Source: Alkalispirochaeta sp. (GTDB lineage Bacteria > Spirochaetota > Spirochaetia > DSM-27196 > Alkalispirochaetaceae). Taken from it: 64,000 bases of DNA. The notes beneath the pieces are model-generated. The model was given only the letters and a program-made list of their open reading frames with translations, was not told the origin of the DNA and did not search any database. The stretch lies in the NCBI GenBank assembly GCA_965601925.1, contig OZ271854.1, positions 4,352,001 through 4,416,000 on the forward strand, written 5' to 3'. Of this stretch, positions 19,692-28,760 are shown one piece after another. The translations under genes and the position numbers were made by a program. Within the stretch, counting starts at the first letter, position 1. Each line of letters opens with the position of its first letter.

Positions 19692-19781
19692 TCGCTACCT
19701 CCTACGATATATGTAAATACACGCGTAATATCCGACTTATTATGTAAGAAATAACGCACTTCGCGTAAAAATACAAGTCGC

Positions 19782-22229
19782 TTACGCCGACACGGTAGAG
19801 AAGTCGAACGCCGAGACGAAGCGCTCAAAGCGGCGCGCCTCGTCCCGCAGGGGCGAGAGAAGGGTATGCGCGGCCTCTCCGTCCTCGGCAACACACGCGT
19901 CCTCGACCGCCTTGGCCGCCTCGCCGAGGTCGGGACTACTGAGGTTCCACGCGCCGCCCTTTATCGCGTGGGCCACAATACGGGCGTCGGTTATGCGTCC
20001 GCTGCGCAGGTGCTCTTCCACTTTATCTATCTGCGTCTCCAGGCTTGCGGCAAACTTGCGTACAATCCTCTCGACGGTCGCTATGTCTCCCATAAATGCA
20101 TCGATCGTTGCGGAAACATCGATCGGTATCGTCGACTCCGAGTCGGCCGATGTCTGCGTACTCACTATCGCGCCGGTGTCGACCGAAGCGTGCGGTTCGT
20201 CCGTCGGCATCGTCTGCCTCAACCCGTGTCCCGCCTCGAACGCACCGGCCTTCCTCAGCCGCGATAGAACCGCCTCGATGTCGGCGTTTTTGAACGGCTT
20301 CGCCATGTAGTCGTTCATTCCGACACGAATACAACGCTCGCGATCGCCGGACAGTGCATTTGCCGTTACCGCAACAATCGGCGTAAGGATACCGAGTCTC
20401 CGTACCTTCGTCGTTGCATCGAAGCCGTTGAGATTCGGCATCTGCACATCCATGAAGATGAGTCCGATTTCGGGATGGTTGCGAATGATCTCCACCGCCT
20501 CGACGCCGTCGGACGCGACAAAGGTACGGAATCCCTTCTTCTCCAGAATGGTGCGAAACAACTCCTGATTGACGAAATGGTCCTCGGCGACGAGAACGGT
20601 GTGTGGTAAATCTGACTCCCCCGACCATACCGACGTGTCGTCCGGCGCCTGATCACCGTCTATCGCCTCGAGCTCTTCGATATCGGATGAAAAGACCTCC
20701 TCGAACGCCGATGCCAACTCCCGTTGCTTCACCGGTTTGTTGATGTACGCATCGAACCAGTGGAGGAGCTTCATTTTCGCATCGCGGGTACTGAGGCCGG
20801 TCAGACTCATCAGAACGAGAGGCGTCTTCTCCAAGAGGGGATCGTTTCGAATTTCCGAGGCCAGTTGCCAGCCGTCCATATCGGGGAGGCGCAGATCGAT
20901 CAGCGTCAGATCGAACGCCGCATCGGAGCTCACCGCTTCGCTCATCGCGGCAAGGCCCGCCGAGGCGGAACCAACCGCGGTCGTGTCGATCTTCCAGCGC
21001 TCGAGGTAGGTGGCGATCGTCGAGGCACTCTGCCGGTTGTCATCGATCAAAAGGACACGGAACCCGTCGGTGATCACCTCGGGTCTAGAGACTATCGCCG
21101 TACTGAGGCTCGGCATCTCGATCGGCACGGTGAACCAGAAGTTCGATCCGACATCGGGTTTACTCTTTACCCCGATCCGGCCGCCCATCATGTTGACGAG
21201 ATCGCGCGAGATGGAGAGTCCTAAGCCGGTACCGCCGAACTTGCGCGTCATTGAGGCGTCGACTTGCGTGAACGGCTTGAATAGGACGGCTTGGCGCTCC
21301 TTGGGAATGCCGATGCCGGTATCTTTCACCTGCACGATCATACGTCGCACGCCGCGTTGATTTCGCAACTCCGCGCCGACCCGAATGGACCCTTTATCGG
21401 TAAACTTCACCGCGTTGTTGACGAGATTGACGAGGACCTGCCGCAACCGGCTGGGATCTCCCTTCATTCTCCGCGGCAGTCGATCATCGGTATAGAGCAC
21501 GACCTCGAGCCCCTTGCGATGAGCCTGCATACTGACCATGTCCACCGCGTCTTCGATCATCTCCACCGGATCGAACTCTATCGACTCCAATTGAAGACGT
21601 CCCGCTTCTATCTTTGAAAAGTCCAAGATATCGTTGATCAGGCCCAAGAGCACTTCGTTGGCAAATTGAATCTGATGGAGATACTCCAGCTGCTCCTCGT
21701 CGAGGTTCGTCTCCCGCAAAAGCTCGGCCATACCGTTGATTGTATGCAACGGGGTACGAATCTCGTGGCTCATATTGGCGAGGAAGGCGCTTTTGGTGCG
21801 CGTCGCCGCCTCTGCGAGATCCTTGGCGCGCCGCAGCCGCTCCTCGTCGTTTTTTTGAGACGTGACGTCGTCTACGACGGCGAGGATGAAGGGGCTTCCG
21901 TCCGATATCCTGACGGCTCGCATATCGACTCGCCACCACGCGATGCGATCTCTATGGACCCTGCACCGGGAAACCAACTGAAACTCGTCACGCTCTCCTT
22001 CGACTAACTCCGAAAAAAGCGTTTGGAAGAACTCGAGATCTTCTTCATATGCGAAAGAGGCTAAGAGCTCACCGGACAACTCGTCTTCGTCGACACCGAG
22101 AAAGGCGCGGACGGCGGTATTGGCGTATTGGATGATACCTGTCGCCTCCATGACGACGATACCGATAGGAGAATGCTCAAAAATGACGTGGAATCGCCTG
22201 CCCGACGAGCTCTCACTCACAATATGCAA
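19782..22229 (-). CDS. Cytoplasmic hybrid sensor histidine kinase PAS-HisKA-HATPase-REC-REC-Hpt
   Basis: FLANMSHEIRTPL H-box, NLVNNAVKF, DTGIGI, GGTGLGL, two receivers (LIDLRLPDMDG; FMDVQMPNLNG), Hpt AHAIKG. Confidence 0.94.
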   Translation of the reverse strand: MHIVSESSSGRRFHVIFEHSPIGIVVMEATGIIQYANTAVRAFLGVDEDELSGELLASFAYEEDLEFFQTLFSELVEGERDEFQLVSRCRVHRDRIAWWRVDMRAVRISDGSPFILAVVDDVTSQKNDEERLRRAKDLAEAATRTKSAFLANMSHEIRTPLHTINGMAELLRETNLDEEQLEYLHQIQFANEVLLGLINDILDFSKIEAGRLQLESIEFDPVEMIEDAVDMVSMQAHRKGLEVVLYTDDRLPRRMKGDPSRLRQVLVNLVNNAVKFTDKGSIRVGAELRNQRGVRRMIVQVKDTGIGIPKERQAVLFKPFTQVDASMTRKFGGTGLGLSISRDLVNMMGGRIGVKSKPDVGSNFWFTVPIEMPSLSTAIVSRPEVITDGFRVLLIDDNRQSASTIATYLERWKIDTTAVGSASAGLAAMSEAVSSDAAFDLTLIDLRLPDMDGWQLASEIRNDPLLEKTPLVLMSLTGLSTRDAKMKLLHWFDAYINKPVKQRELASAFEEVFSSDIEELEAIDGDQAPDDTSVWSGESDLPHTVLVAEDHFVNQELFRTILEKKGFRTFVASDGVEAVEIIRNHPEIGLIFMDVQMPNLNGFDATTKVRRLGILTPIVAVTANALSGDRERCIRVGMNDYMAKPFKNADIEAVLSRLRKAGAFEAGHGLRQTMPTDEPHASVDTGAIVSTQTSADSESTIPIDVSATIDAFMGDIATVERIVRKFAASLETQIDKVEEHLRSGRITDARIVAHAIKGGAWNLSSPDLGEAAKAVEDACVAEDGEAAHTLLSPLRDEARRFERFVSAFDFSTVSA

Positions 22230-22231
22230 TC

Positions 22232-23488
22232 CTAAAAATTGAGCTGTAGTATCTCAGACGCTTTGATCCTGATATCCTGAGGTCGTAACGGCTTTATTAT
22301 GTAACTCGATACCCCCATTTTCAGCACCTCTACGACGGTATCACGCTTTGAAAGCGCTGACAATACGATGATCGGAATTTTAATTCCTTTTTGATTTATT
22401 TTTTCAAGCACTTTAAATCCATCCATTTCTGGCATCATGAGATCGAGGAACACGAGGTCCGACTTCATAGCCTCCGGATCATCGATAAACACTCTCCCGT
22501 TGCCGTACGTCTTTATGCGTACCTTCGTATCGGAAAAGGATGCCCTGATAAGCTCTTGAATCACTTGATCGTCGTCGACGATTGCTATTTGCACCGAGTC
22601 GCCAAGCTCGCTCAGATTGAATCCCGTCGGACGCTCCATGTGGAACCGCATATCGATCGTCTCGCTTTTTCGCTTCTTCGGCGCGCTGCGGCCGACGACG
22701 TCCTCTCGGACATCGGGTGTCTGTAGAATGGGACCGCCGACCGGTTTTTCCATCAAACCGTCCATCGCCCGTTCCAAACTGTCGGTCACCTCGATTCCTG
22801 AAAAATCGCTGCGCTTCTCGAGAAACGTCTTGATGTAATCGCTACGAGTAAGGACTTTCGTGTAACGCTTCATGGCGCCGGTCGCTTCAATGATCGAGGT
22901 GAAGAGCGCCGACAGTTTTATCGAATCTACGGTAGAGACTTCGATACTCGTCATAAGAATCATGACCTTGGGACTCTTCAGATCGTACAAGTCGAGTAGT
23001 TCTCCGATCTTGTAACGCAACAGATCGATCTTTTCGAGACTGAGGCCCTGGGCGATCTCTATGAAGAGAATGTCCTCGTTTACGTGGGCCTCCACGATAC
23101 ACGGGGTCGTGTCGATGGAAACCGACACATCCAGCGCTTCGCTCACGGCGTTGAGAAGTGCATCGATCCGTATCGGCTTGGTAAGAAACCTCGTGACGTT
23201 GTACGGGGCCACCTCCACCAGCGCCTTGCGATCGACCTTCGGAGAGACGATGATGACCGGAATATCGCGGATGTTCGTGTTGTCGTGTTTTTCCCGGAGG
23301 AGTTCCAAGAGGGGCTTTCGTGTCAGATGGTAGTCGGTGATGAGCAAGTCCGGCGCGACACTGCGCAGTTTACCGGCGCCGTCGAGCCCGCTCATCGCCG
23401 TCGAGACATCGAACCCGTAACTCTTCAGTCTTTTTGTTAAGTAGTCCCTAAACAACGGTGATTCATCGATTAATAGCACTTTTTTCAT
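22232..23488 (-). CDS. Response regulator with two receiver domains flanking a STAS-like domain; no DNA-binding domain
   Basis: REC1: LLIDE..LLITDY..TKPI. REC2: IVDDD..FLDLMMPEMDG..IKPL. The central region has a beta-alpha pattern and a VDS motif like SpoIIAA/STAS. Confidence 0.82.
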   Translation of the reverse strand: MKKVLLIDESPLFRDYLTKRLKSYGFDVSTAMSGLDGAGKLRSVAPDLLITDYHLTRKPLLELLREKHDNTNIRDIPVIIVSPKVDRKALVEVAPYNVTRFLTKPIRIDALLNAVSEALDVSVSIDTTPCIVEAHVNEDILFIEIAQGLSLEKIDLLRYKIGELLDLYDLKSPKVMILMTSIEVSTVDSIKLSALFTSIIEATGAMKRYTKVLTRSDYIKTFLEKRSDFSGIEVTDSLERAMDGLMEKPVGGPILQTPDVREDVVGRSAPKKRKSETIDMRFHMERPTGFNLSELGDSVQIAIVDDDQVIQELIRASFSDTKVRIKTYGNGRVFIDDPEAMKSDLVFLDLMMPEMDGFKVLEKINQKGIKIPIIVLSALSKRDTVVEVLKMGVSSYIIKPLRPQDIRIKASEILQLNF

Positions 23489-23544
23489 AGTAGTTTACTC
23501 TCCGCCGATTATCCTCGGCACATCTGCCAAAAATCAAGGTGTGT

Positions 23545-23553
23545 TGCTATAAT
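23545..23553 (+). promoter_or_regulatory. Extended -10 promoter (TGcTATAAT), leaderless configuration; back-to-back with a divergent TTGATT-N18-GATAAT promoter on the minus strand
   Basis: Perfect TATAAT 23548-23553, 6 nt before ATG 23560, with no SD. Confidence 0.7.
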
Positions 23554-23559
23554 CGCCCC

Positions 23560-25476
23560 ATGGATGAAATCGATAGAGAGGTCAGCTCTGCCGATGCGCG
23601 GGAAGAGGCCCTGCGCTCCATGGTTCTCTCCCCTTCGGGGTGGCGGGGTGTCTTCGGTGGAAGCGACGAATCGCTGGACCGATCAATATCTACGACACAC
23701 CGCGATCTTGTCGCTTTGGCGGCGGAGCTGTTTGCGGACACGGTAGTCGACCGCGGAGACGCCGGTGCGATCACGATCGTCGTTGCGATCGATACGCGAC
23801 CCACCGGCGCCGCAATCGCCGATACGGCGATGCGCGTCTTTGTATCGCGATCCCTCCAAGTGCGTTGGCTCGGTGTCGCCGCCGCGCCGGAGATCATGGC
23901 CTACACCGGCGGGGACGGCGCATGCGACGCTTTCTTTTTCATTTCCGCAAGCCACAATCCCCCGGGGCACAACGGACTCAAGATGGGCTTCTTCGACGGG
24001 GCGGTCATGAACGGTACGGTCGCCCGTCCCATGATCGACGAGTTCCGCAAGCGTTCGGCCGACCAGGATCGGATGCGTCGTTTGGTCGCGAAGGTGAGTA
24101 CCGTTTCACCGGCCGCGCTCGCTCGGATCGACGCCGAGCGCGAAGAGTACAAGACCGCCGCCCTCGATGCGTACGCTCGGTTTACGCTGCGCGTTGCGGC
24201 AAGAGAGGTCACGAACTTAGGAGCCGGCGACGACGGCGCAATCGGTCATTTTCGCACGCGGTTGAAGCGCGCCCTGGAGACGCGCCCCGTCGGGATCGTT
24301 GCGGAGCTCAACGGAAGCGCCAGATCGGACTCGATCGACCGGAGCTTTCTTCCCGATTTGGGTATACGAGTCGCTCTGTACAATGATCGCCCCGGAGTGT
24401 TCGCCCACCAGATTCTACCCGAAGGCGCGGGTCTCGCGGATGCGGCGCGCCTCTTGGAGCGCCACCACGCCATGGATCCGGCATTTACGATGGCCTATGT
24501 ACCGGACAACGACGGTGACCGGGGAAATCTCGTCTTTGTGGATCGAGACGGCGGCTCGGCACCCCTCGACGCCCAAACGGTATTTGCATTAGTCGTCATG
24601 GTCGAGCTTACCTGGCTCCGCGAACGGGAGCGTGAGGCCGGCGTCTCATCGTCGCCGAAGGTCGCCGTCGTGGCGAACGGCCCGACGTCGTCGAGGATCG
24701 ACGATCTCTGCGCGGCGTTGGGGGCGCACATCTTCCGCGCTGAGGTCGGCGAGGCCAACATGGTATCGCTTGCCGACCACCTGCGTTCCGAAGGTTGGAC
24801 GATCGCCATCATGGGAGAGGGGTCCAACGGCGGTAACATCACCCCACCCTCAAAGGTGCGCGATCCGATGAGTACGCTCCTCGCAATGGTGAAGCTCCAC
24901 GCATTCTCTCTCATGCGCGTATGGAATGACGTGCGAGACGGAAAACGCGCACTATCGGCGGAGATTCGCGAAGACGGTGTCGAGCGTGCCGTCGAATCCT
25001 CCTCTCGCCCCGGCGAGGCGGATTTTCTTTCGGTGGCACAATCGTTACCGCGTTTTACGACGATCGGGACCGACGACCGGCGCGCCAAGATGTCGATCGG
25101 CGAGACGTCCCACAAGGCGCTCAAGGCGGCCTATGAACGCGCCCTGCCGGAACGCGTCTCGGCCGTTCTTCCCGACTTGGAAGAGACGTACGGGACGCCG
25201 ATCTCGTGGCGCGTGGAGAACTATGAGGGAATCGAGACGCGTCTAGGAGTCGGCAATCGAACGGGAAGAGAGACCGGGGGCTTACGCGTGATATTCTCCG
25301 ACTCCTCGGACCGCGTTGCGGCGTCCGTTTGGATGCGCGGTAGCGGGACCGAGCCGATATTCCGCGTCTTGGCCGATTGCCGCGGAGAGGCGTCGCCCCT
25401 AGTCGACCGCCTAATCGAGTGGCAGCGCGAGATGGTAGAGTCAGCGGCCGTCGCCGGAGCCGCTGCCGAGCGCTAA
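23560..25476 (+). CDS. Phosphoglucomutase/phosphomannomutase family phosphohexomutase
   Basis: Phosphoserine loop SASHNP, metal loop DNDGDR, EVGE, GEGSNGG, RGSGTEP..R. Confidence 0.88.
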   Translation: MDEIDREVSSADAREEALRSMVLSPSGWRGVFGGSDESLDRSISTTHRDLVALAAELFADTVVDRGDAGAITIVVAIDTRPTGAAIADTAMRVFVSRSLQVRWLGVAAAPEIMAYTGGDGACDAFFFISASHNPPGHNGLKMGFFDGAVMNGTVARPMIDEFRKRSADQDRMRRLVAKVSTVSPAALARIDAEREEYKTAALDAYARFTLRVAAREVTNLGAGDDGAIGHFRTRLKRALETRPVGIVAELNGSARSDSIDRSFLPDLGIRVALYNDRPGVFAHQILPEGAGLADAARLLERHHAMDPAFTMAYVPDNDGDRGNLVFVDRDGGSAPLDAQTVFALVVMVELTWLREREREAGVSSSPKVAVVANGPTSSRIDDLCAALGAHIFRAEVGEANMVSLADHLRSEGWTIAIMGEGSNGGNITPPSKVRDPMSTLLAMVKLHAFSLMRVWNDVRDGKRALSAEIREDGVERAVESSSRPGEADFLSVAQSLPRFTTIGTDDRRAKMSIGETSHKALKAAYERALPERVSAVLPDLEETYGTPISWRVENYEGIETRLGVGNRTGRETGGLRVIFSDSSDRVAASVWMRGSGTEPIFRVLADCRGEASPLVDRLIEWQREMVESAAVAGAAAER

Positions 25477-25570
25477 GTCGAAACGTACGCCCGCGTTCGG
25501 AGCGACCGCGGGGCGCGGGTCGGACGACGGCACCCTATCGCGGCGGGTGCGTCTCCCGACGGTAGAGTCC

Positions 25571-26443
25571 TCAATCCTCGATGGACCAACGGCCGTCGGA
25601 TGAGACTCGAACCAATCCCTCGTGCCGCATACGCTCCAAAACGGCGCGCACCCGGTCGGCGGCAAAGCCGGTATATTCCGGCACCTCCTCGGCGGCGATG
25701 GTGCCGCGCTCGGTAAGGGCGCGCAACACGCGGCCGCGCAACTGACGATCGCTGTCCTCGAACGGTTTCTGCCGCGTGTAATGGGCGCTTCGCCGATTGG
25801 AGTTGCCGGTTCGGCGCGCGAGCTCCACACCGAAATCCATGAGCGCCCAGTACCATTCCCGTGGGTTGTCTCGAGGAAGGGTGCGTTCGATGAGCGGGAA
25901 AATGCGCCGATCATGCACCTCCTCCTCGCCGGGGAAAAAGAGGTGGAGAAAGACGCGGCGAATGTTGGTCTCGATGAAGACGACCGGCCTGTTGTACGCA
26001 AAGGCCGCGATCGATCCCGCGGTATTGACCCCGATACCGGGAAGGGTGCGTAGCACCTCCGGGTCGTCGGGAAGAGTGCTTGCGTGCTCATGGACGATGG
26101 AAGTTGCGGAGCGATGCATGAACTTGGCACGACGATTGTATCCCAAGCCCGACCAATGGATGAGAATCTCGGAGAAGGACGCCGAAGCGAGTTGGACAAA
26201 GTCGGGAAAGCGTTCTACGAAGGGCGGAAACTTCTGCATGACCCGCGAAACCTGCGTCTGCTGCAGCATGATTTCCGAGACGAAAACCCAGTACGGGTTA
26301 GGATCGTCCCGCCACGGCATACGCCGCCCCGCCAAGCGGTAAAAGTCCCAGATCAACGCCGAGAACCGCTCCCTGTCGGGTGCGCGATCGGGATCGTATC
26401 CGACCGCGCTTATATCAAGGTCGAGAAAGAGATCACCTTCCAC
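25571..26443 (-). CDS. mutY: A/G-specific adenine glycosylase, MutY-like, short Fe-S-less form
   Basis: MPWR, PYWVFVSEIMLQQTQV, WSGLGYNRRA, HhH LPGIG..TA, WALMDFG with no Cys cluster. GTG start overlaps the trpS end. Confidence 0.85.
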   Translation of the reverse strand: MEGDLFLDLDISAVGYDPDRAPDRERFSALIWDFYRLAGRRMPWRDDPNPYWVFVSEIMLQQTQVSRVMQKFPPFVERFPDFVQLASASFSEILIHWSGLGYNRRAKFMHRSATSIVHEHASTLPDDPEVLRTLPGIGVNTAGSIAAFAYNRPVVFIETNIRRVFLHLFFPGEEEVHDRRIFPLIERTLPRDNPREWYWALMDFGVELARRTGNSNRRSAHYTRQKPFEDSDRQLRGRVLRALTERGTIAAEEVPEYTGFAADRVRAVLERMRHEGLVRVSSDGRWSIED

Positions 26444-27509
26444 TACCGGCGGCGCTCTTTTCTCGTTTGCGGGCGACCTGTTCCGCCTTACGGCGGATTC
26501 GATTCCATACGCCGGCGATGCCCATCGCCTTGCGCACCTCACCGAGGGTTGCACGCGCTTCCTCGCGCATCCTCTGCGTCCCCTCAAAGATTACCTCATC
26601 TACAAGCCCCGACTCGCCGGCAAAATAGGCGCGACGCTCGCGCATAGGCGCGAGAAAACGATTCAAGGCGGCCGAAAGCTTCTGTTTGACCTCGACGTCT
26701 CCGACCCGCCCTTCCCGATAGCGCGTCTTGAGGTCCTCAACCTCGTCGCGATCGGTATTGAATACGTCGTGATATACAAAGACGGGGTTCCCTTCGACGG
26801 TCCCGGGAATGTCCGCACGCACGCGCTTGGGGTCGGTGTACATGCCGCGCACCTTCTTCTCTATCGTCGCCGCATCGTCGGAGAGCATGATGGTGTTACC
26901 GAGCGACTTCGACATCTTCTCGCTTCCGTCCACTCCTACAAGGGTCGGCACCTCGCCGACCATGACGTCCGGTACGGGAAAGACCTCGCCGTAGAGATGG
27001 TTGAAACGTCGCGCGATCTCGCGTGTCAGCTCGACGTGCGCCTCGTTGTCCTTGCCTACCGGGACCAAATGCGCTCGGGGTAGGAGAATATCGGCGCTTT
27101 GTAACACCGGGTACCCAAGAAGGCCGAAGGGCATCTCCGCCAGATTGCTGCCCCGTGCCATGTCCTTGAGGCTCGGAAGGCGTTGGAGACGCGGCACGGT
27201 CACGAGCATTTCAAAGATGAGATTGAGCTCGTAGATCTCGGGAACGGCACTCTGCAGATAAATGACCGATTTCTGCGGATCGACACCGGCGGCGAGATAG
27301 TCGAGCACGATTTCACGCGCATTGTCGGCGATACCGTCTATCGATAGCTTATCCGGCCTCGTGGTAAGGGTATGGAGGTCGGCGATAATGAAGAAGCACT
27401 CGTACTCGTCCTGGAGACGCACACGGTTCTTCAAAGAACCGACATAATGCCCGAGATGTAACGCTCCCGTCGGTCTATCGCCGGTCAGTATTCGCTTTTT
27501 ATCACCCAT
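26433..27509 (-). CDS. trpS: Tryptophanyl-tRNA synthetase
   Basis: TGDRPTG.LHLGH (HIGH), YPVLQSADIL, VPVGKD, KMSKS. Confidence 0.97.
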   Translation of the reverse strand: MGDKKRILTGDRPTGALHLGHYVGSLKNRVRLQDEYECFFIIADLHTLTTRPDKLSIDGIADNAREIVLDYLAAGVDPQKSVIYLQSAVPEIYELNLIFEMLVTVPRLQRLPSLKDMARGSNLAEMPFGLLGYPVLQSADILLPRAHLVPVGKDNEAHVELTREIARRFNHLYGEVFPVPDVMVGEVPTLVGVDGSEKMSKSLGNTIMLSDDAATIEKKVRGMYTDPKRVRADIPGTVEGNPVFVYHDVFNTDRDEVEDLKTRYREGRVGDVEVKQKLSAALNRFLAPMRERRAYFAGESGLVDEVIFEGTQRMREEARATLGEVRKAMGIAGVWNRIRRKAEQVARKREKSAAGSGR

Positions 27510-28620
27510 TGGAGTCGGCCTCCGCCCGTTTGTTCTTTCGTAACGATTTGATATTCCCCGTACCCATCAGGATACTGAAGGCCTCCAGGCCCGGGATGTT
27601 TTCAAAGGCAATCTTCAACACTACCGTGAGCGGGACGGCCAAAAAGAGCCCTGCGGTGCCCCACAGCCACCCCCACAAAAGCAAGGAAAGCAAAATCACC
27701 ACCGGCGAAAGGTTGAGCCTATCACCGAGCATCATCGGATCGATGACGTTCCCGATGAAAAACTGCGCTCCCGCCATACTGGCAAAGGCCGCAATCACCG
27801 GATTCCAGTCGGGCAAAAACTGTACAAGGGCGAAAATGCCGCTGATGAAGGTAATTGCCACCGAACCGATACTGGGTATGAAATTGAAGAGGAACGTCAA
27901 CACGCTCCATATGAAGGGAAAGTCCACACCGATAATCGAAAAGGCGATGTATACGACGACCGCCGTGAGGGTGCTGACGAAGAGCTTCACCGCGACGTAG
28001 CGACCGACCTGCGTCGTGATGTGGAGAAGCACGCGACTCAACATCCGCGTCGTTTCGTCCCGCATCGCCATGGTAAACTTACGTCTTGCGTACGGCTTCT
28101 CCATCAGAAGAAAGAGTAGAAAGATCATCACGACGATAAAGCCGCTGACGAACGACATGAAGTTGCCCGACAGGGATAGCAAGGTGTTACCGATGGTACG
28201 CGTGATCTGAAGCTGGCTCGTGATGTCGGCAGGAAGGTCGAAGCGCGCAATCAGGTCCTGCAACATGATGGAAAAGCGCTCCTGGTAAGCGGGGAACTCC
28301 CTGAGCAGGCTCTGCAAGCTCGAGTAAACAATCAGGGCGATCAAGAAACCGCTTGCGAGAAAGAGAATCAACACAAAGGTGATCGCGACGAAACGCGGAA
28401 TCTTCCGTCTCACCAGGAAGGTGACGACCGGCGAAAAGACGAATGAGAGCAAAATCGCAATTACGAAGGGGACGAAAATGTGTCCGGTTAACCGTAAAAC
28501 GGCCCCAACCGCAACGAGGGCGATAACCATGAGATATACGGTATTCGCTCGTACGACTCCGGCGGGTAGCCGCAGTTGTCGCACGGGGCGTTTACGGTGA
28601 AGTCCCGACTGATCATCCAT
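27502..28620 (-). CDS. AI-2E family (UPF0118/PerM) membrane transporter
   Basis: Multi-TM protein. Motifs PF..A.LL..P, NFIP.IG, GN...P..LG..L.LSP, W..LWG..G..LAVP. Confidence 0.9.
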   Translation of the reverse strand: MDDQSGLHRKRPVRQLRLPAGVVRANTVYLMVIALVAVGAVLRLTGHIFVPFVIAILLSFVFSPVVTFLVRRKIPRFVAITFVLILFLASGFLIALIVYSSLQSLLREFPAYQERFSIMLQDLIARFDLPADITSQLQITRTIGNTLLSLSGNFMSFVSGFIVVMIFLLFLLMEKPYARRKFTMAMRDETTRMLSRVLLHITTQVGRYVAVKLFVSTLTAVVVYIAFSIIGVDFPFIWSVLTFLFNFIPSIGSVAITFISGIFALVQFLPDWNPVIAAFASMAGAQFFIGNVIDPMMLGDRLNLSPVVILLSLLLWGWLWGTAGLFLAVPLTVVLKIAFENIPGLEAFSILMGTGNIKSLRKNKRAEADSNG

Positions 28621-28714
28621 GGTGGGTAACACTACAGGCTCGGCAACTCTTTGGCAAGCCGGAAATTATCCCAGCGGATCGACTGCCGGTCGACGAGCCG
28701 GCGACCTCGTGCGT

Positions 28715-28751
28715 ACGCGATTCCGGCTTCGACGGAAGTCCGGAATCGCGT
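28715..28751. terminator. GC-rich stem-loop just downstream of lpdA (possible terminator or processing site)
   Basis: ACGCGATTCCG (28715-28725) / CGGAATCGCGT (28741-28751). No clear U-tail. Confidence 0.45.
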
Positions 28752-28760
28752 GGTGAAAAA

